From assembly GCF_003918875.1 (NCBI RefSeq), contig NW_025766780.1, positions 3,348,001 to 3,412,000 of the forward strand: a DNA stretch of 64,000 nucleotides, written 5' to 3'. The notes under the pieces were generated by a model. That model worked only from the letters and a program-made list of their open reading frames with translations. It made no database searches and was not told the DNA's origin. Shown here piece after piece: positions 12,950-25,410 of the stretch. Position 1 is the first letter of the stretch. Each line of letters begins with the position of its first letter. The DNA is from Haliotis rubra (lineage: Eukaryota). A program made the translations under genes and the position numbers.

Positions 12950-13392
12950 TGGTTGGTTCGATTGCTGTTTAACGCCGCACTCAGCAATATTCAAGCTATA
13001 TGGCGGCGGTCTGAAACTAATCGAGTCTGGAGTGAGTGAGTGAGGGAGTTTAGTTTTACGCCGCACTCAGCAAACTTCCAGCCATATGGCGGCGGTCTGT
13101 AAATAATCGAGTCTGGACCAGACAATCCAGTGATAAACAGCATGAGCATCGATTTGCGCAATTGGGAACCGATGACATATGTCAACCAAGTCAGCGAGCC
13201 TGACCACCCGATCCCGTTAGTCGCCTTTTACGACAAGCATGGGTTACTGAAGGCCAATATTCTAACCCGGACCTTCACGGGTTTAATCGAGTCTGGACCA
13301 GACAAGCCAGTGATCAACAGCATGAGCATCGATCGACGCAACTGGGATGCGATGACATGTGTCAACCAAGTCAGCGAACCTGACCACCCGAG
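12950..13392 (-). mobile_element. Nested/tandem Nin-domain-like SINE copies
   Basis: One full copy (~13035-13282) inserted in a second copy whose halves flank it; TAATCGAGTCTGGA is duplicated at the junctions. Confidence 0.8.
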
Positions 13393-15035
13393 TAGGTGTA
13401 ACCATGCAGAGACCATATAATAAATGTTATTGTCTCTGGTGTAACCCACCTAGGTTTAGTTTGACGTAACTTATGTAAGCCCACTTTAGTATCCCACTTC
13501 TTTTGCATTACATCATGAACGTAAGCTCTAATCATAGGTTACAAGAACCAAACAGAGTGGCTGGTTCATATATACAGTGAATAAAAAGTTAAGTGCCACC
13601 CAGTATATTTTGCCAATGTAGGTTGTCTCATAGGAAATCTTTCAGAAAAAACAACTATCATAATTTGGTTTAGTACTTTTAGTTTAAAAATAAAACCATT
13701 ATGGAAATTATCTTTTACTTTAAACGGGGTGTATGCGCATTTGGAAAACATGCATTTTGTTTTCCTCAAAAAGGTTACCTATTTTTGAAAAGTGAAAATC
13801 AGACATGGCTGTTATATGGTCACATGATTGTCACCTAAGTTTAATAGTGTTGTATTAGTCTGTCTCACAATCCCTGAACCACATTATTTTCCCTACTGCC
13901 AAGCCCTCTCTGCAGTGCTAAACCCTAAATAAAGCAAGTCTAGATTTCCTCAGGTTCTGAATCTCTGGTCTCCCTAGGGCTCCTTTTCAATTTAAATGGG
14001 CTTGTTTGTTACTGTCAAAATATTATTTATTCAGAGACTAAGCATTAGTCTAGTGTTGTATAAGGAGAATAGATATAGTTATTTTGCTTTAAAAAGCAGT
14101 GCCATCATATCTTTAACAATATTTCCTTTAATTGTAAATACAATGATTATGATATCCCTAAACCAGTTACCAGATGAACCTTCTCTAAACATGGATTGGT
14201 CTTCCCAATTATATTAGCCTAACATTTCCACAGCTTCGCATCTTAGTTTTGAAATAGGCTGGCGCTTAACTTTTTATTTTCGGTATATATCAGAGGAGTT
14301 CTTAGACAGTTGGACACTGAACATGACTGGAACAGCAAGGCAAAGTGTACATGTAATGCTACGTGACGATTTAGGAGTCTTCATAAAAAACGTTATCAGC
14401 CATCTGCGGTGTTGAGACATAAACGTTATGGTGTGGAGAGAGATAACCTTTACCAGATGTCCACGTCTCTGCTTCCGGTAATTGCAGGAACTGGCAGATT
14501 GTTTTCGGGTGGCCAAATATGTGGTCTTTGGCAGTGACACTAGTGTGTGCAAATATCTCGACTGCTGCAATTGCTTTAGTTGTATTTTTTGAATACCCTC
14601 TGTAAGATTATTTGTGATATAAAAGGAATACATATGTAACGCTACCTATTATCCTGGGAATTACATACTGACGGGCACGTTTTGCCCAGTAGTTTTAGGC
14701 GCACCTGTTAGCCTGGATCGGGGGTTCGAATCCCAGATTTTTTAATAAATAATGATCTTTGCTTTGTCACCACATATGTTATGTTGGCACTAAAAGAGAA
14801 TGGCTGTCGGCAATTCTTCGACATCTCGTCCAACGTGAAGTGTTTTATAACTGCAAAATGTTTAACTGTAAAATGTTTAATAGCTGAGAGTTTCACAGTC
14901 ACATTTGACCACTTTCTAAAATGGCATTGTGTATTCATAGCTTTCGGCCGTAGGAGCCGTGTCAATTTACACTCATCAAAGGGGTACACAAAGTCCGTCG
15001 TCAAGACTACCAGTTGCCCGACTTCCATTTTTGTG

Positions 15036-15450
15036 GAAGCCGTGGTGGCTGAGCTGGTTAGGCGGCGGACTCCGTGTGCTGGCCATTAGGTGCCAGAATC
15101 TGAGTGTGCTATCGAATCCCGGATGGTACTCAACCCAACAAAATTACTAGAATCTGTATTTTACTAAGAATGAGTGAGTGAGTGAGTTTAGTGATACGCC
15201 GCACTCAGCAATATTCCAGCTATATGGCGGTGGTCTGTAAATAATTGAGTCTGGACCAGACAATCCAGTGATCAACAGCACGAGCATCGATATGCGCAAT
15301 TTGGAACCGATCACATGTGTCAACCAAGTCAGCGAGCCTGACCACCCGATCCCTTCAGTCGCCTCTTACGACAAGCATGGGTTACTGAAGATCAATATTC
15401 TAACCCGGACCTTCAGGGGTACTTTACTAATAAAGTGAAATCCAAAATAT
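15036..15450. mobile_element. tRNA-headed SINE interrupted by a full Nin-like SINE (15171-15421, minus)
   Basis: Head GAAGCCGTGGTGGCTGAGCTGGTTAGG. The inserted SINE is flanked by TTTACTAA repeats. Confidence 0.7.
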
Positions 15451-16209
15451 AACATTTGTTACATTTTACCACTTTCTAAACTGGCATTGTGTATATGTTA
15501 CAGTCACATTGTGAAATCAGTCATTTCGTGAAATTACTATGAGGATCAGCCATTTCGCTATTGGCTATATAAATAGGTTTGGACGTTTCCATCAAATTTG
15601 ATGTAAATGTGCTTAATAACGATTGCCAGTGTTCGTGATGCACGAAAGTCGCCAAAACGCACTTTGTGGCCCATTACTTTTCAAAACCATATACAATTAC
15701 ATATAATTGTATATAATTATGCTACTGTCTAAGTTGCAGTTGGTCAATTGCAAACATATACTTACTGCCAATTAAAAAACAACATTATTTCATTTGCATT
15801 ATTTTATTGAACATTTTGAGCAAGTATTAAATATATGGTTCTAATACTGAAAGTAACTAAAGGAAAATACTATTACAAGGTTAATGCATTGCCAAAACAA
15901 TTAAATAGCCGGGTACAAAACGATGAAACAGGGCCTATGTCAAACGCGGGACAGGCTCGAACACTTCAAAACGACAGCTCAACCATTAGGAGATTGGTGC
16001 AGGTTTCACAGTGAGCTCAGCAAGTCGAATCTCTGTCGATCCCGGAAGCCAATCTGTGTTCTGTCTGCTCTTGTCCAAGCACTTGTACATTGAAGAACTG
16101 ACTGCGGCTTATGTATCGAACCTTGTGTTGTGTTAGTCCTTGTATGTGTGTTGATGGTACATGAGTATTTGTGTAAGTAATTTGAGGAAATGGTCGTCAG
16201 ACCCTCGCC

Positions 16210-16385
16210 TTGTGAAGCTCTCACGATCATGCGAGTTGCCAAGTTAAGTCCGAAACAGACGGAGAGGTAACCTGGATCCTCCAGGTAGGATGTAGCCTAC
16301 ATCGGTTACCTGGGCGCCTTATCGTTCCGTCTCCGTCTGTTTCGGACTAAACTCGGCAACTCGCATGACCGTGAGAGTTTCACAA
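16210..16385. repeat. ~175-bp foldback (56-bp arms plus inner palindrome)
   Basis: TTGTGAAGCTCTCACGATCATGCGAGTTGCCAAGTTAAGTCCGAAACAGACGGAGA pairs with TCTCCGTCTGTTTCGGACTAAACTCGGCAACTCGCATGACCGTGAGAGTTTCACAA. Inner CCAGGTA..GATGTAG/CTACATC..TACCTGG. Confidence 0.85.
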
Positions 16386-16434
16386 AGCTATGGAGTATTG
16401 TAGGGTCACTTGACGGCTGTCAGAAACAACAATA

Positions 16435-18434
16435 TCAATATACCCATGGACAGAAGGGGTCGACTGTTTCTTCCACTGTTATGCCATACAGCATGTAAAT
16501 GGCAAAATTGACAGACAACACAAAGGCGTCATACGGCCTGTCTCCCACACAGGCGTCTTCGTCTGGTGTTATGGTTCTGTCATTGTTCATGTCAATGATG
16601 ATCCAGAACATCTTAGAACCTTGGAAAACAATCTTTTCGAACTTGTTTATGTCATCATCTCTCAATTCTCTGAAGTTCTGCACGAACTGATTCTCTGTGA
16701 TGCTGTCATGGCCTCTGAGTATAAAGAATTTGTACCACCTGGGCAGAAACTCCTCACACTTTGCGCGGACTGTAGCTGGGTGATCGGATTCAGTCACGTG
16801 TCTTGCCGTACAGTTTTCTGTATCCGCCAGGGAAATAACATTGTCGTAATTGTGGTCCATTGTGTGGAACCACAGTCGGAACCTGTCCCACAACTCATCT
16901 TCCACACTTGCATCTGTAACAAATCAGAATTATGTAAAACTGCAGCAAAGCGAGGTGCGGTGTAAAACTGGTTTAACGCCGAGATGCTGTTGCACATTAA
17001 TAGGGGGGTGTCTGTGTGTCCGTGCATGTGCGCGTGTCTGCGCCTTTCTCTGGACTGATGCCGGTTTCACCCTGCTAGCCCACGAGGTAAATTAGCCTGC
17101 AACTTCACTCGAATACCCAACTCAGACTCAGTATGCTGGATAGTGCTTGGTGGAGTGGAGTACATAACACCATCTTGGATCAACATGAAATACTTACATA
17201 CTAACAGTTAAGATATCCTTACGATATATTTCTACGACAGAAAACAGATTGCAATTTATTTTCTTACCATAGCTTTATATATATACACTCACAGACGAAC
17301 ATATCAATATTAAATCTATAACCTTTATATGTCTCCATCCAGGACATCAATATCAAATCATGGACCATTTTGGAACGAGGCATGAGCAAGTATTTCTTTT
17401 GAACCACGAATCTATGTTATCAAGTACAGATGTCGTCTTCATCAGTGTTTACAATCAACTGCCCACTGGCTTTATTTAATTGAAAAATGACTTGTAGAGT
17501 AAATTCCAATGAACAATGAAAGCATAATTTGATTTGAATCATATAGTTCATAATTAGGTCCTGTCCTCAGCCATATTAATTAAACTTTTATATCGCATCT
17601 TAAATATTGCCTACATATATCTATGATATTGGTATAATAATTCCAAATAAATATAAAATGTATCGGACAAAGGAAGTAACATAATCTTGCTAGTGTAGTT
17701 TTTGTTTGAAAGCAAATACGACGAAATTCTGAAATTCAATTTACAATTTCTAAGATGATGAAGTTTAAAGAGGATGTTCAGAATTCATAGACGATGTAAC
17801 AAATATAACTACATGGTAAACGATTATTTACACCCATTGTGCTCCCACGACCTCCGATAATTCACGTGCACTGGGTTGAGCAACCTGTGATGATTCACCT
17901 AAACATTTCACATAATGTTCTGCAAGGCAACAACTTTGAAGTAACACAGCTGCAGATAAGCGTAAAGATGTAGCATTGTTTGTATTTAAATCAAGATGCC
18001 AGACAGAACTAAGTTTCACTTTACTGCGAAACAAATGCAGAATATACATGTCAAGCTTGAGCAGCCCCACTTTACAACGCCCGGAACCATAGCACGGAGA
18101 TGAATTAAGGCCTTACTGTTCATTGTAACTTATTTGGACCCAAGCATGTCGTACATATATGCTCGTGCTATTGTGATTAAGTACCTCAGTTAGGTTACAG
18201 ATGTGTTCCACTTTAATGAAAGTTTCTGCCAAAGTTGGTATTACAGAATTACTGGTTTAATCACACCCTCTGCTCACAACAACCTATCTAATGCTCTTAC
18301 TCCGATATTCACTCCTGTATATTAAACACGTATCTACAATTTCGGTTTACAGTTAGCTAATACAGACCTGCAAACGTACTGCTCACAGACAACAAAACTC
18401 CAACAAGAACAGCCGCACGCATCATGTCAACCAT
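16435..18434 (-). CDS. Secreted EF-hand Ca2+-binding protein (sarcoplasmic-calcium-binding-protein-like), ~181 aa
   Basis: Exon 1 18368-18434 gives signal peptide MVDMMRAAVLVGVLLSVSSTFA (phase 1, weak donor GTCTGT). Exon 2 16435-16913 follows TTACAG. EF loops DHNYDNVISLAD and DMNNDRTITPDE. Confidence 0.75.
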
Positions 18435-18675
18435 GGCCGCTCCAGTTAGAACTTGGAATGGACAGTATGCCGAGCGTCATGCAACTAAATCTACTCACAT
18501 GACATTTGGTATTTCAAAAGAATGGCAATTTTGACAGTGTCAAAATGTCAAAATATTCCATACCAGGCACTGGTGTATAACCATTTTCCCCAAAGTTATA
18601 TTTGGGGACAACAAAGGCAATTATAGGTAATCATTGACAATGTTAAAATGATCTCAAATTACGATTTTTGGGAAA

Positions 18676-18905
18676 GATTCCGTGGGCCAGTGGATAGAGC
18701 ACGTGATCGGAGATCAGACGCTCGGTGATTCATTCCCCTCAGTTAGTCAAACCAAAATGCTATTAAAGATGCTGCTTGTTGATACCCTGGCTGGCATCGG
18801 TGTTAAGGGATACAACAAGGACCGCTGGGCTTGCAGTCAGTGTGTTGGGCTTACACGTGAAACCGCAGCGTCCATGGTATTGCGGAGGGCTAGCACTGTC
18901 CACGA
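18676..18905 (+). mobile_element. Degenerate Meta/MESC-core SINE
   Basis: Similar to the 55120-55445 copy (..TAAGGGATACAACAAGGAC..AGTCAGT..GGCTAGCACT). Confidence 0.55.
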
Positions 18906-19258
18906 GCCTGAGGCGACGACTTTGGATATGTGCCCTTTGCCTAGACTGACCATGACGGTCAGGTTTTAGACATTGAGATATCACGCTGTGCAGTGCAAGG
19001 TCCTTGACCCACACACATACGTAAGATTCCCCGACGTAAGGAGATGTTAACGAACATGTATAGACAGCGTTGTGGGGTGAGGTTCCTGTCTGTTGTAACC
19101 GGGTGTATAATCAGAGGGGATACACCAAACGTTTGTTAAATGTATTAAACAGACATAGAAAATAGACTTTCGTAGCACTTTGGACATATTGAAACAATTA
19201 AGTAGTTTGAATAAACGAAGTTTTAAAGAAACTTATTCACATGGGTTGCATTATAACA

Positions 19259-22200
19259 GACAGACACACAGACAGACAGAGTTTATTTGCAGTAAAAGGC
19301 CATAGGCCCAAAATACATTCAAAGGAAATTTCAGTGTAGTCAGGGGCACAATGTGCTTTCATGTGTTTATAATAATCCTTTAACATAAAATAGATACAAG
19401 GCAACAGATTTTACAGTGTCTACATTAGTATTCTTGAAAAGATTTGCTAAAGAATATACAGTATAAGGCTTTTTAACACATTTTGTAATAAACCTCTCTC
19501 TTAGGTGTGAATAGGACTCACAGATGAACAGTACATGGAATTCATCTTCAATATAGGTAAGACCTTTAGATTTGCATGATGTACAAAATCTTTGATTATA
19601 ATCAGTGTTGTTATAACGCCCAGTTTCTACAGCTATTTTAAAATTACTACACCTAAATTGTGCTAAAACAGCTCTTAAATGTGTAGAAAGGTTAAACGAT
19701 AAATAACATTCAACATTTAACGCTGATTTAAAATACTGATAATAGTTGCATTTGGAAGAATTACTCAGGGAAGAGTACCAGGACTGTTTTAAATTATCTG
19801 ATAATCTTTGTTTAAATAAGCTTATAAACATCTTTACATCACCAACATCTTGGCTCAACCAAACATATCCAAAACCAAAATTAAACAGAAGATTTTTAAC
19901 TTTTGATGCCCATGTAGTTCTACCACTATCATCTAAAGACTTGAGCATAAGGTAGCTTTGAAAAGGTAATCTGTCATGAGGAAGTTGTAACAATCTACAC
20001 CAATATTTGATTACTCGGGTCATATAATTAAGCTGCAGGGGCAATCTGCCACATTCACCCAGGGCCATGGAATTACAAGATGACCTATTTATTTTCAGAT
20101 ACTTTTTACAAAAATCAAGCTGTACCGATTCAATACTTTTACAATAGGAAGTTCCCCATATTTCTGATCCGTAGCATAATATTGGTGTGATCAGTGCATC
20201 AAAAATTTTGAATAGATCTGTACAGTTAATGTTTCCGAATTTCCTTTGAAAGTGATTAATTGATAAAATTGCCTTTCTAGCTTGAGAAGCTAAACATAAT
20301 TGTGCCCTGGACCAAACAAGTTTTGGTGTAAATATGATGCCAAGATATTTATAAAAAGATACTGTTTCTTTTTGTTCCCCATTAAAATACCACTTTTCAT
20401 AAGATCTAAGAGGCCCACCATTTCTGAAAGCAACCACTTTTGTTTTCTTAACGTTTACTTTCATTCCTGTTTCCTCACAAAATAATTCAAGGGCATTTAT
20501 CTTTTTCTGCAGTTGAATACAAGTGTCCGAAAGAGCCGAAACATCATCAGCAAACATAAGGGCATACACATTATTGAAAACAGCATTGACAAATATTCCC
20601 TTACCACCTTCATTTGGCATAATTGTGCATAAATGATTAATAAATATTATAACTATCTAAGGGCTTAAAATGCATCCCTGGCGGGTACCCACATTACAAG
20701 AAAATTGCTTAGAAAGTCCCTCAGGGGTTCTAACACAGGTACAAAGTGAATTATACATACATGTGATAATATCTAAGAACTTCCCATCTAATCCAACCTT
20801 ACGAAGAGAATCTATAAGTATATCATGTTTAAGAGTATCGAAAGCTTTTGAAAAATCGATAAAAAGACAATAAAATCTGCCCTGTTTTTTACATGAATCT
20901 TCTGTATGAAAGCCTGAAGTGTAAAAATGTGGTCTGTTGTAGAATAGTTTTCCCTAAAGCCAGCCTGATATTCACAAATGATATTATTTAAATCACACCC
21001 GATTTTTAATCTTTTATTTAGAATTGATGTAAATAATTTACAAAGGGAATCAATGAGGGATATACCACGATAATTATCGGGGTCGTTCTTGTCGCCAGAT
21101 TTCAACAAAGGGCAAATAATGCTCTTACCCCAACTGGGAGGGAAATAGCCAGAGTCATAAATTCTGTTGAAAAGAACAGTGAGAGTAAGAACAATGAAAC
21201 ATCTCGACTCCTTTAGAAATTCATTTGCAATTCCGTCTGGACCAGGGGCTTTACTGACTGGCAAAGAGAGAATAGTTGTAGATATTTCTTGTTCGGAAAA
21301 TGGTTGGTTCAAAAAAGAATCATTGTTGCTTGTAGATTGTAAAGGTGAAGGTAAATGTTCTGGTGTTTTTTGCGAAGTATTAATGCATAACAGATTTGAG
21401 AAATGATCTGTCCACTGTTGGCATGTGATATTGGGTGAAAGTTGTGGTGAAGATCTGTAATTTTTAAGTGTTTTCCAAAATAATTTAGGGTTGGTGCTTG
21501 CTGCTACTAGTTTATCTTTCTGTTTATTTTGGAAATTTAATCTTTTTTGCTTGAATGCACATTTGAAGAGTGTTCGTAACTGTCTGAAGATATTAAAGTC
21601 TGCATTGTGATCTCTATGGGCTCTGAGTGCTGCATATTTGTCATGCTTTAAGTTTTCTAAGTCCTGATCCCACCTAGGTGGTTGAGTTCTTGTTTGTGAA
21701 GGAAATAAACCATTACATATGGTTTTTGTGTGATCAGCTGCTTTCTGGAAAAGAGTTACTAAATGTGAAAGTGCTTGGTCGATATTGTTATGGATGAGGG
21801 CATTTAAATGACTGTATTGATTATTAAACAATGACCGAAAGTTTGGAATGAATGCACTGTTTTCATCCTTGCACCACATATATTTTGTCCATTTATCATG
21901 TTTACCCTCTTGTACATTACTGTTTGAGGTAAGCGTATTAGAATAAGCAGTAGAGGGGAGTTTACTGTTAAGTGTGTTGATATTGAGTGTGCATGACAGT
22001 GGAAAGTGACATGAGTTATCTAGTGTGCCGACATTAAACTGCGTGATGAAAGGGAATAGTGACGAAGAAGCTAGCATGTAGTCAACTACACTGCAACCGT
22101 TATAAGTAAAGCATGTGAATTGACCACATAAATCATTTGCTAATCTACCATTTAAGGCATGAATGCCAAAAGTGCAACATAATTCAGCAAGTTTTTTCCC

Positions 22201-22329
22201 ATAATTATTATAAACCTGATCTCTAGAAGATCGAGGCATATCAAATGTATCTTTGGGATAATCATCATTTTCATATACACAGTCAATATATTATCATCTG
22301 GTATATAATCGAAGAAGTCTTTCATTCTA
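19259..22329 (-). mobile_element. 5'-truncated, frameshifted non-LTR retrotransposon (APE end + RT + C-terminal Cys/His domain; RTE-X-like, clade uncertain)
   Basis: ORFs 20812-22239 (SVVDY, KAPGPDGI, NYRGISL, QAGFR) and 19367-20620 (LMFADD, YKYLG, VETGRY..C..C..EDEFHVLFIC). AATAAA followed by a (TGTC)n tail. 11-bp TSD GCATTATAACA at 19248-19258 and 22330-22340. Confidence 0.9.
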
Positions 22330-22601
22330 GCATTATAACATCGCCATGGAAACGTCCTAGGTCACAAGGATAAAAACAGATCGGGTTTCACTATTTTCAG
22401 GTCGTAGCTATAGAACGTATTTCACATGTAATTTACATTCCTGAAAAATCAACACCGTTTATGACCAATTAAAGGCATTAAGGGCCAGTTATGTCCACAA
22501 CAATACTCATTATCTATAAGTAGGGCTGATTGGCGCGTGGCGTCCCTCCAATGACGCACTATCACAGCTTGTGATGTTCTGGTAATGGGTTTAAACTGTC
22601 T

Positions 22602-22735
22602 GACTTGTTTGAGTGGCATTTTAGAAGTTGAGACGTACAATATAGAACAAGTTTTATGGATAACAACTTCTTTATTTCGTGAGTGCGACGTTTCGATACA
22701 GATTCTTGTACCGTTGTCAAACAAGAGTGATACAT
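22602..22735 (-). mobile_element. Penelope-like pLTR fragment with hammerhead-like motif and 3' tail
   Basis: Minus: TGT-TTGACAA-CGGTACAAGAATCTGTATC-GAAACGTC-GCACTCACGAAATAAAGAAGTTGTTATCC...CTCAACTTCTAAAATGCCACTCAAACAAGT. Near-identical to the 6512-6600 pLTR. Confidence 0.8.
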
Positions 22736-23254
22736 GAAGTGACGGGCTGTAAACTGTTATACATAGCACTGTATATATTGTAACGTAGTAACTCAGATAG
22801 ACAATAAGAAAAGGACTATATTAAAGAGGGAATCCTACTCGAGTCTAGAATCATTTCGCAAGTCTAGATTCTGGGCCCCACTCAGTTTTTAGTAGATACA
22901 TGTATTTGTATTTGGTATATATTTATGAATGTGATAACTGTATTTCCAGGACGAAATGTTTGTCTACCCATCCAAAGGCGAATCACCAAAACATTGTGTA
23001 CGGCAGAGGTGTTTAAATGCATGATTAGTCCATCTAACATGAAATATTTCCGAGAATTATCTACGAGCAACAAGAAATTACACATTAACCGCCCCGAGTG
23101 AATTCCTTGTTTTAGACACGCTCTTTAAAACGAAACTTTCAAAACCAGTTCTATTCTACCCCCAAACATACGAACATGTAGAAATAGGTAGTTTTGTCAG
23201 CAACTTGACACCTTAGCTCAGTCGGAACAATTGTAACAAATAACGACTGAGTGA

Positions 23255-23403
23255 GTGAGTATGCTTTTACGCCGCTTTGAGCATTATTTCAGCACGGCGG
23301 GGGGCACCAGAAATGGGCTTCACACTTTGTACCCATGTCGGGAATCGAACCCAGGTATTCGGCGTGACGAGCGAACGATTTAACCACAAGGCTACCCCAC
23401 CGC
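23255..23403 (-). mobile_element. tRNA-derived SINE
   Basis: Same family as 5135-5290. Confidence 0.8.
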
Positions 23404-23839
23404 CCAATAACCATGTACAAAAGATGACGCCATGTTCAGTTATTTGCAACAATGCGTTGATAAGGTATCACGTTGCTATTGGGCCATTCGCAAATTTGTC
23501 AACAATGGAAGACTAGGTATAAATTAGGGAATCAGAGCGAAGTAAACATTATGGAGGTTACCAAAAATTACTGAATATCATAGAACTGATATAATTGCTC
23601 ATAAATAGAATCACATACAGATGGGCTTTACTAAGTACCAATCAATCGTTAACTTTGCCAGAAACCAAGTTAATGTGACTACTTTGTAAATACAAACATA
23701 GCTGTGTGACAACTGGCCGTTAGATAGGAGAGAATCTTATAACCTATCTGTTTTCATGCCACGTTCAGCTATAACTGACTGTATTAATGTGTATAAAAGT
23801 AGCCTCGGTGAGACTGTCTGTCGGTCACCAAATGAATTG

Positions 23840-24056
23840 GCTGTTTGATTTTTGGTTAACGATGTACACAGCAATAATTGAACCATATCACAACGGTGTG
23901 TAAAGAATCGAGTCTGAACAATACAATCCAGAAATTGACAATTGATGAGAATCGATCTGTGAACCCTGATACGACGGCATGTGTCCACCAATCAGCGTGC
24001 TGAACTACCCGATCCCTTTAGTCGTCTCTAATGACAAGCATGCTTGCTGAAGACCA
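23840..24056 (-). mobile_element. Degenerate Nin-like SINE abutting the 53-bp array
   Basis: CCCGATCCCTTTAGTCGTCTCTAATGACAAGCATG..CTGAAGACCAAT. Confidence 0.6.
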
Positions 24057-24059
24057 ATG

Positions 24060-25410
24060 CTTCATAACAGTGTTAGTACCTACGCCGAAACGTCTCACTC
24101 ATTCATCACTTGCTTGATAACGGTGTTAGTACCTTCGCCGAAACGTCTCACTCATTCATCACTTGCTTGATAACAGTGTTAGAACCCTCGCCGAAACGTC
24201 TCACTCATTCATCACTTGCTTGATAACAGTGTTAGAACCCTCGCCGAAACGTCTCACTCATTCATCACTTGCTTGATAACGGTGTTAGTACCTTCGCCGA
24301 AACGTCTCACTCATTCATCACTTGCTTGATAACAGTGTTAGTACCTTCGCCGAAACGTCTCACTCATTCATCACTTGCTTGATAACAGTGTTAGTACCCT
24401 CGCCGAAACGTCTCACTCATTCATCACTTGCTTGATAACAGTGTTAGAACCCTCGCCGAAACGTCTCACTCATTCATCACTTGCTTGATAACGCTGTTAG
24501 TACCTTCGCCGAAACGTCTCACTCATTCATCACTTGCTTGATAACAGTGTTAGAATCCTCGCCTAAACGCCTCACTCATTCATCACTTGCTTGATAACGG
24601 TGTTAGTACCTTCGCCGAAACGTCTCACTCATTCATCACTTGCTTGATAACGGTGTTAGTACCCTCGCCGAAACGTCTCACTCATTCATCACTTGCTTGA
24701 TAACGGTGTTAGTACCTTCGCCGAAACGTCTCACTCATTCATCACTTGCTTGATAACAGTGTTAGTACCCTCGCCGAAACGTCTCACTCATTCATCACTT
24801 GCTTGATAACGGTGTTAGTACCTTCGCCGAAACGTCTCACTCATTCATCACTTGCTTGATAACGGTGTTAGTACCTACGCCGAAACGTCTCACTCATTCA
24901 TCACTTGCTTGATAACGGTGTTAGTACCTACGCCGAAACGTCTCACTCATTCATCACTTGCTTGATAACGGTGTTAGTACCTTCGCCGAAACGTCTCACT
25001 CATTCATCACTTGCTTGATAACAGTGTTAGTACCTTCGCCGAAACGTCTCACTCATTCATCACTTGCTTGATAACGGTGTTAGTACCTTCGCCGAAACGT
25101 CTCACTCATTCATCACTTGCTTGATAACGGTGTTAGCACTTACGCCGAAACGTCTCACTCATTCATCCCTTGCCGATAACGGTCTTAGCACTTACGCCGA
25201 AACGTCTCACTCATTCATCCCTTGCCGATAACGGTGTTAGTACCTTCGCCGAAACGTCTCACTCATTCATCCCTTGCTTGATAATGGTGTTAGTACCTAC
25301 GCCGAAACGTCTCACTCATTCATCCCTTGCTTGATAACAGAGTTAGTACCTACGCCGAAACGTCGCACTCATTACAATAAAGAAGTTGACTATCCATAGA
25401 ACTTTGTTTT
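24060..25410 (+). repeat. Tandem array of ~25 x 53-bp hammerhead-like units ending in a Penelope pLTR 3' segment
   Basis: Unit CATCACTTGC-TTGATAA-C-GGTG(TTAGTACCTT)CGCC-GAAAC-GTC-TCACTCATT. The last unit reads GTC-GCACTC and continues AATAAAGAAGTTGACTATCCATAG, like the pLTRs at 6.5, 22.7 and 62.2 kb. Confidence 0.9.

Noticed and set aside
24060-25375. CRISPR array
   Set aside because: Units are contiguous near-identical 53-mers with no unique spacers, there are no cas genes, and the context is eukaryotic. The same applies to the 29-, 58- and 62-bp arrays.
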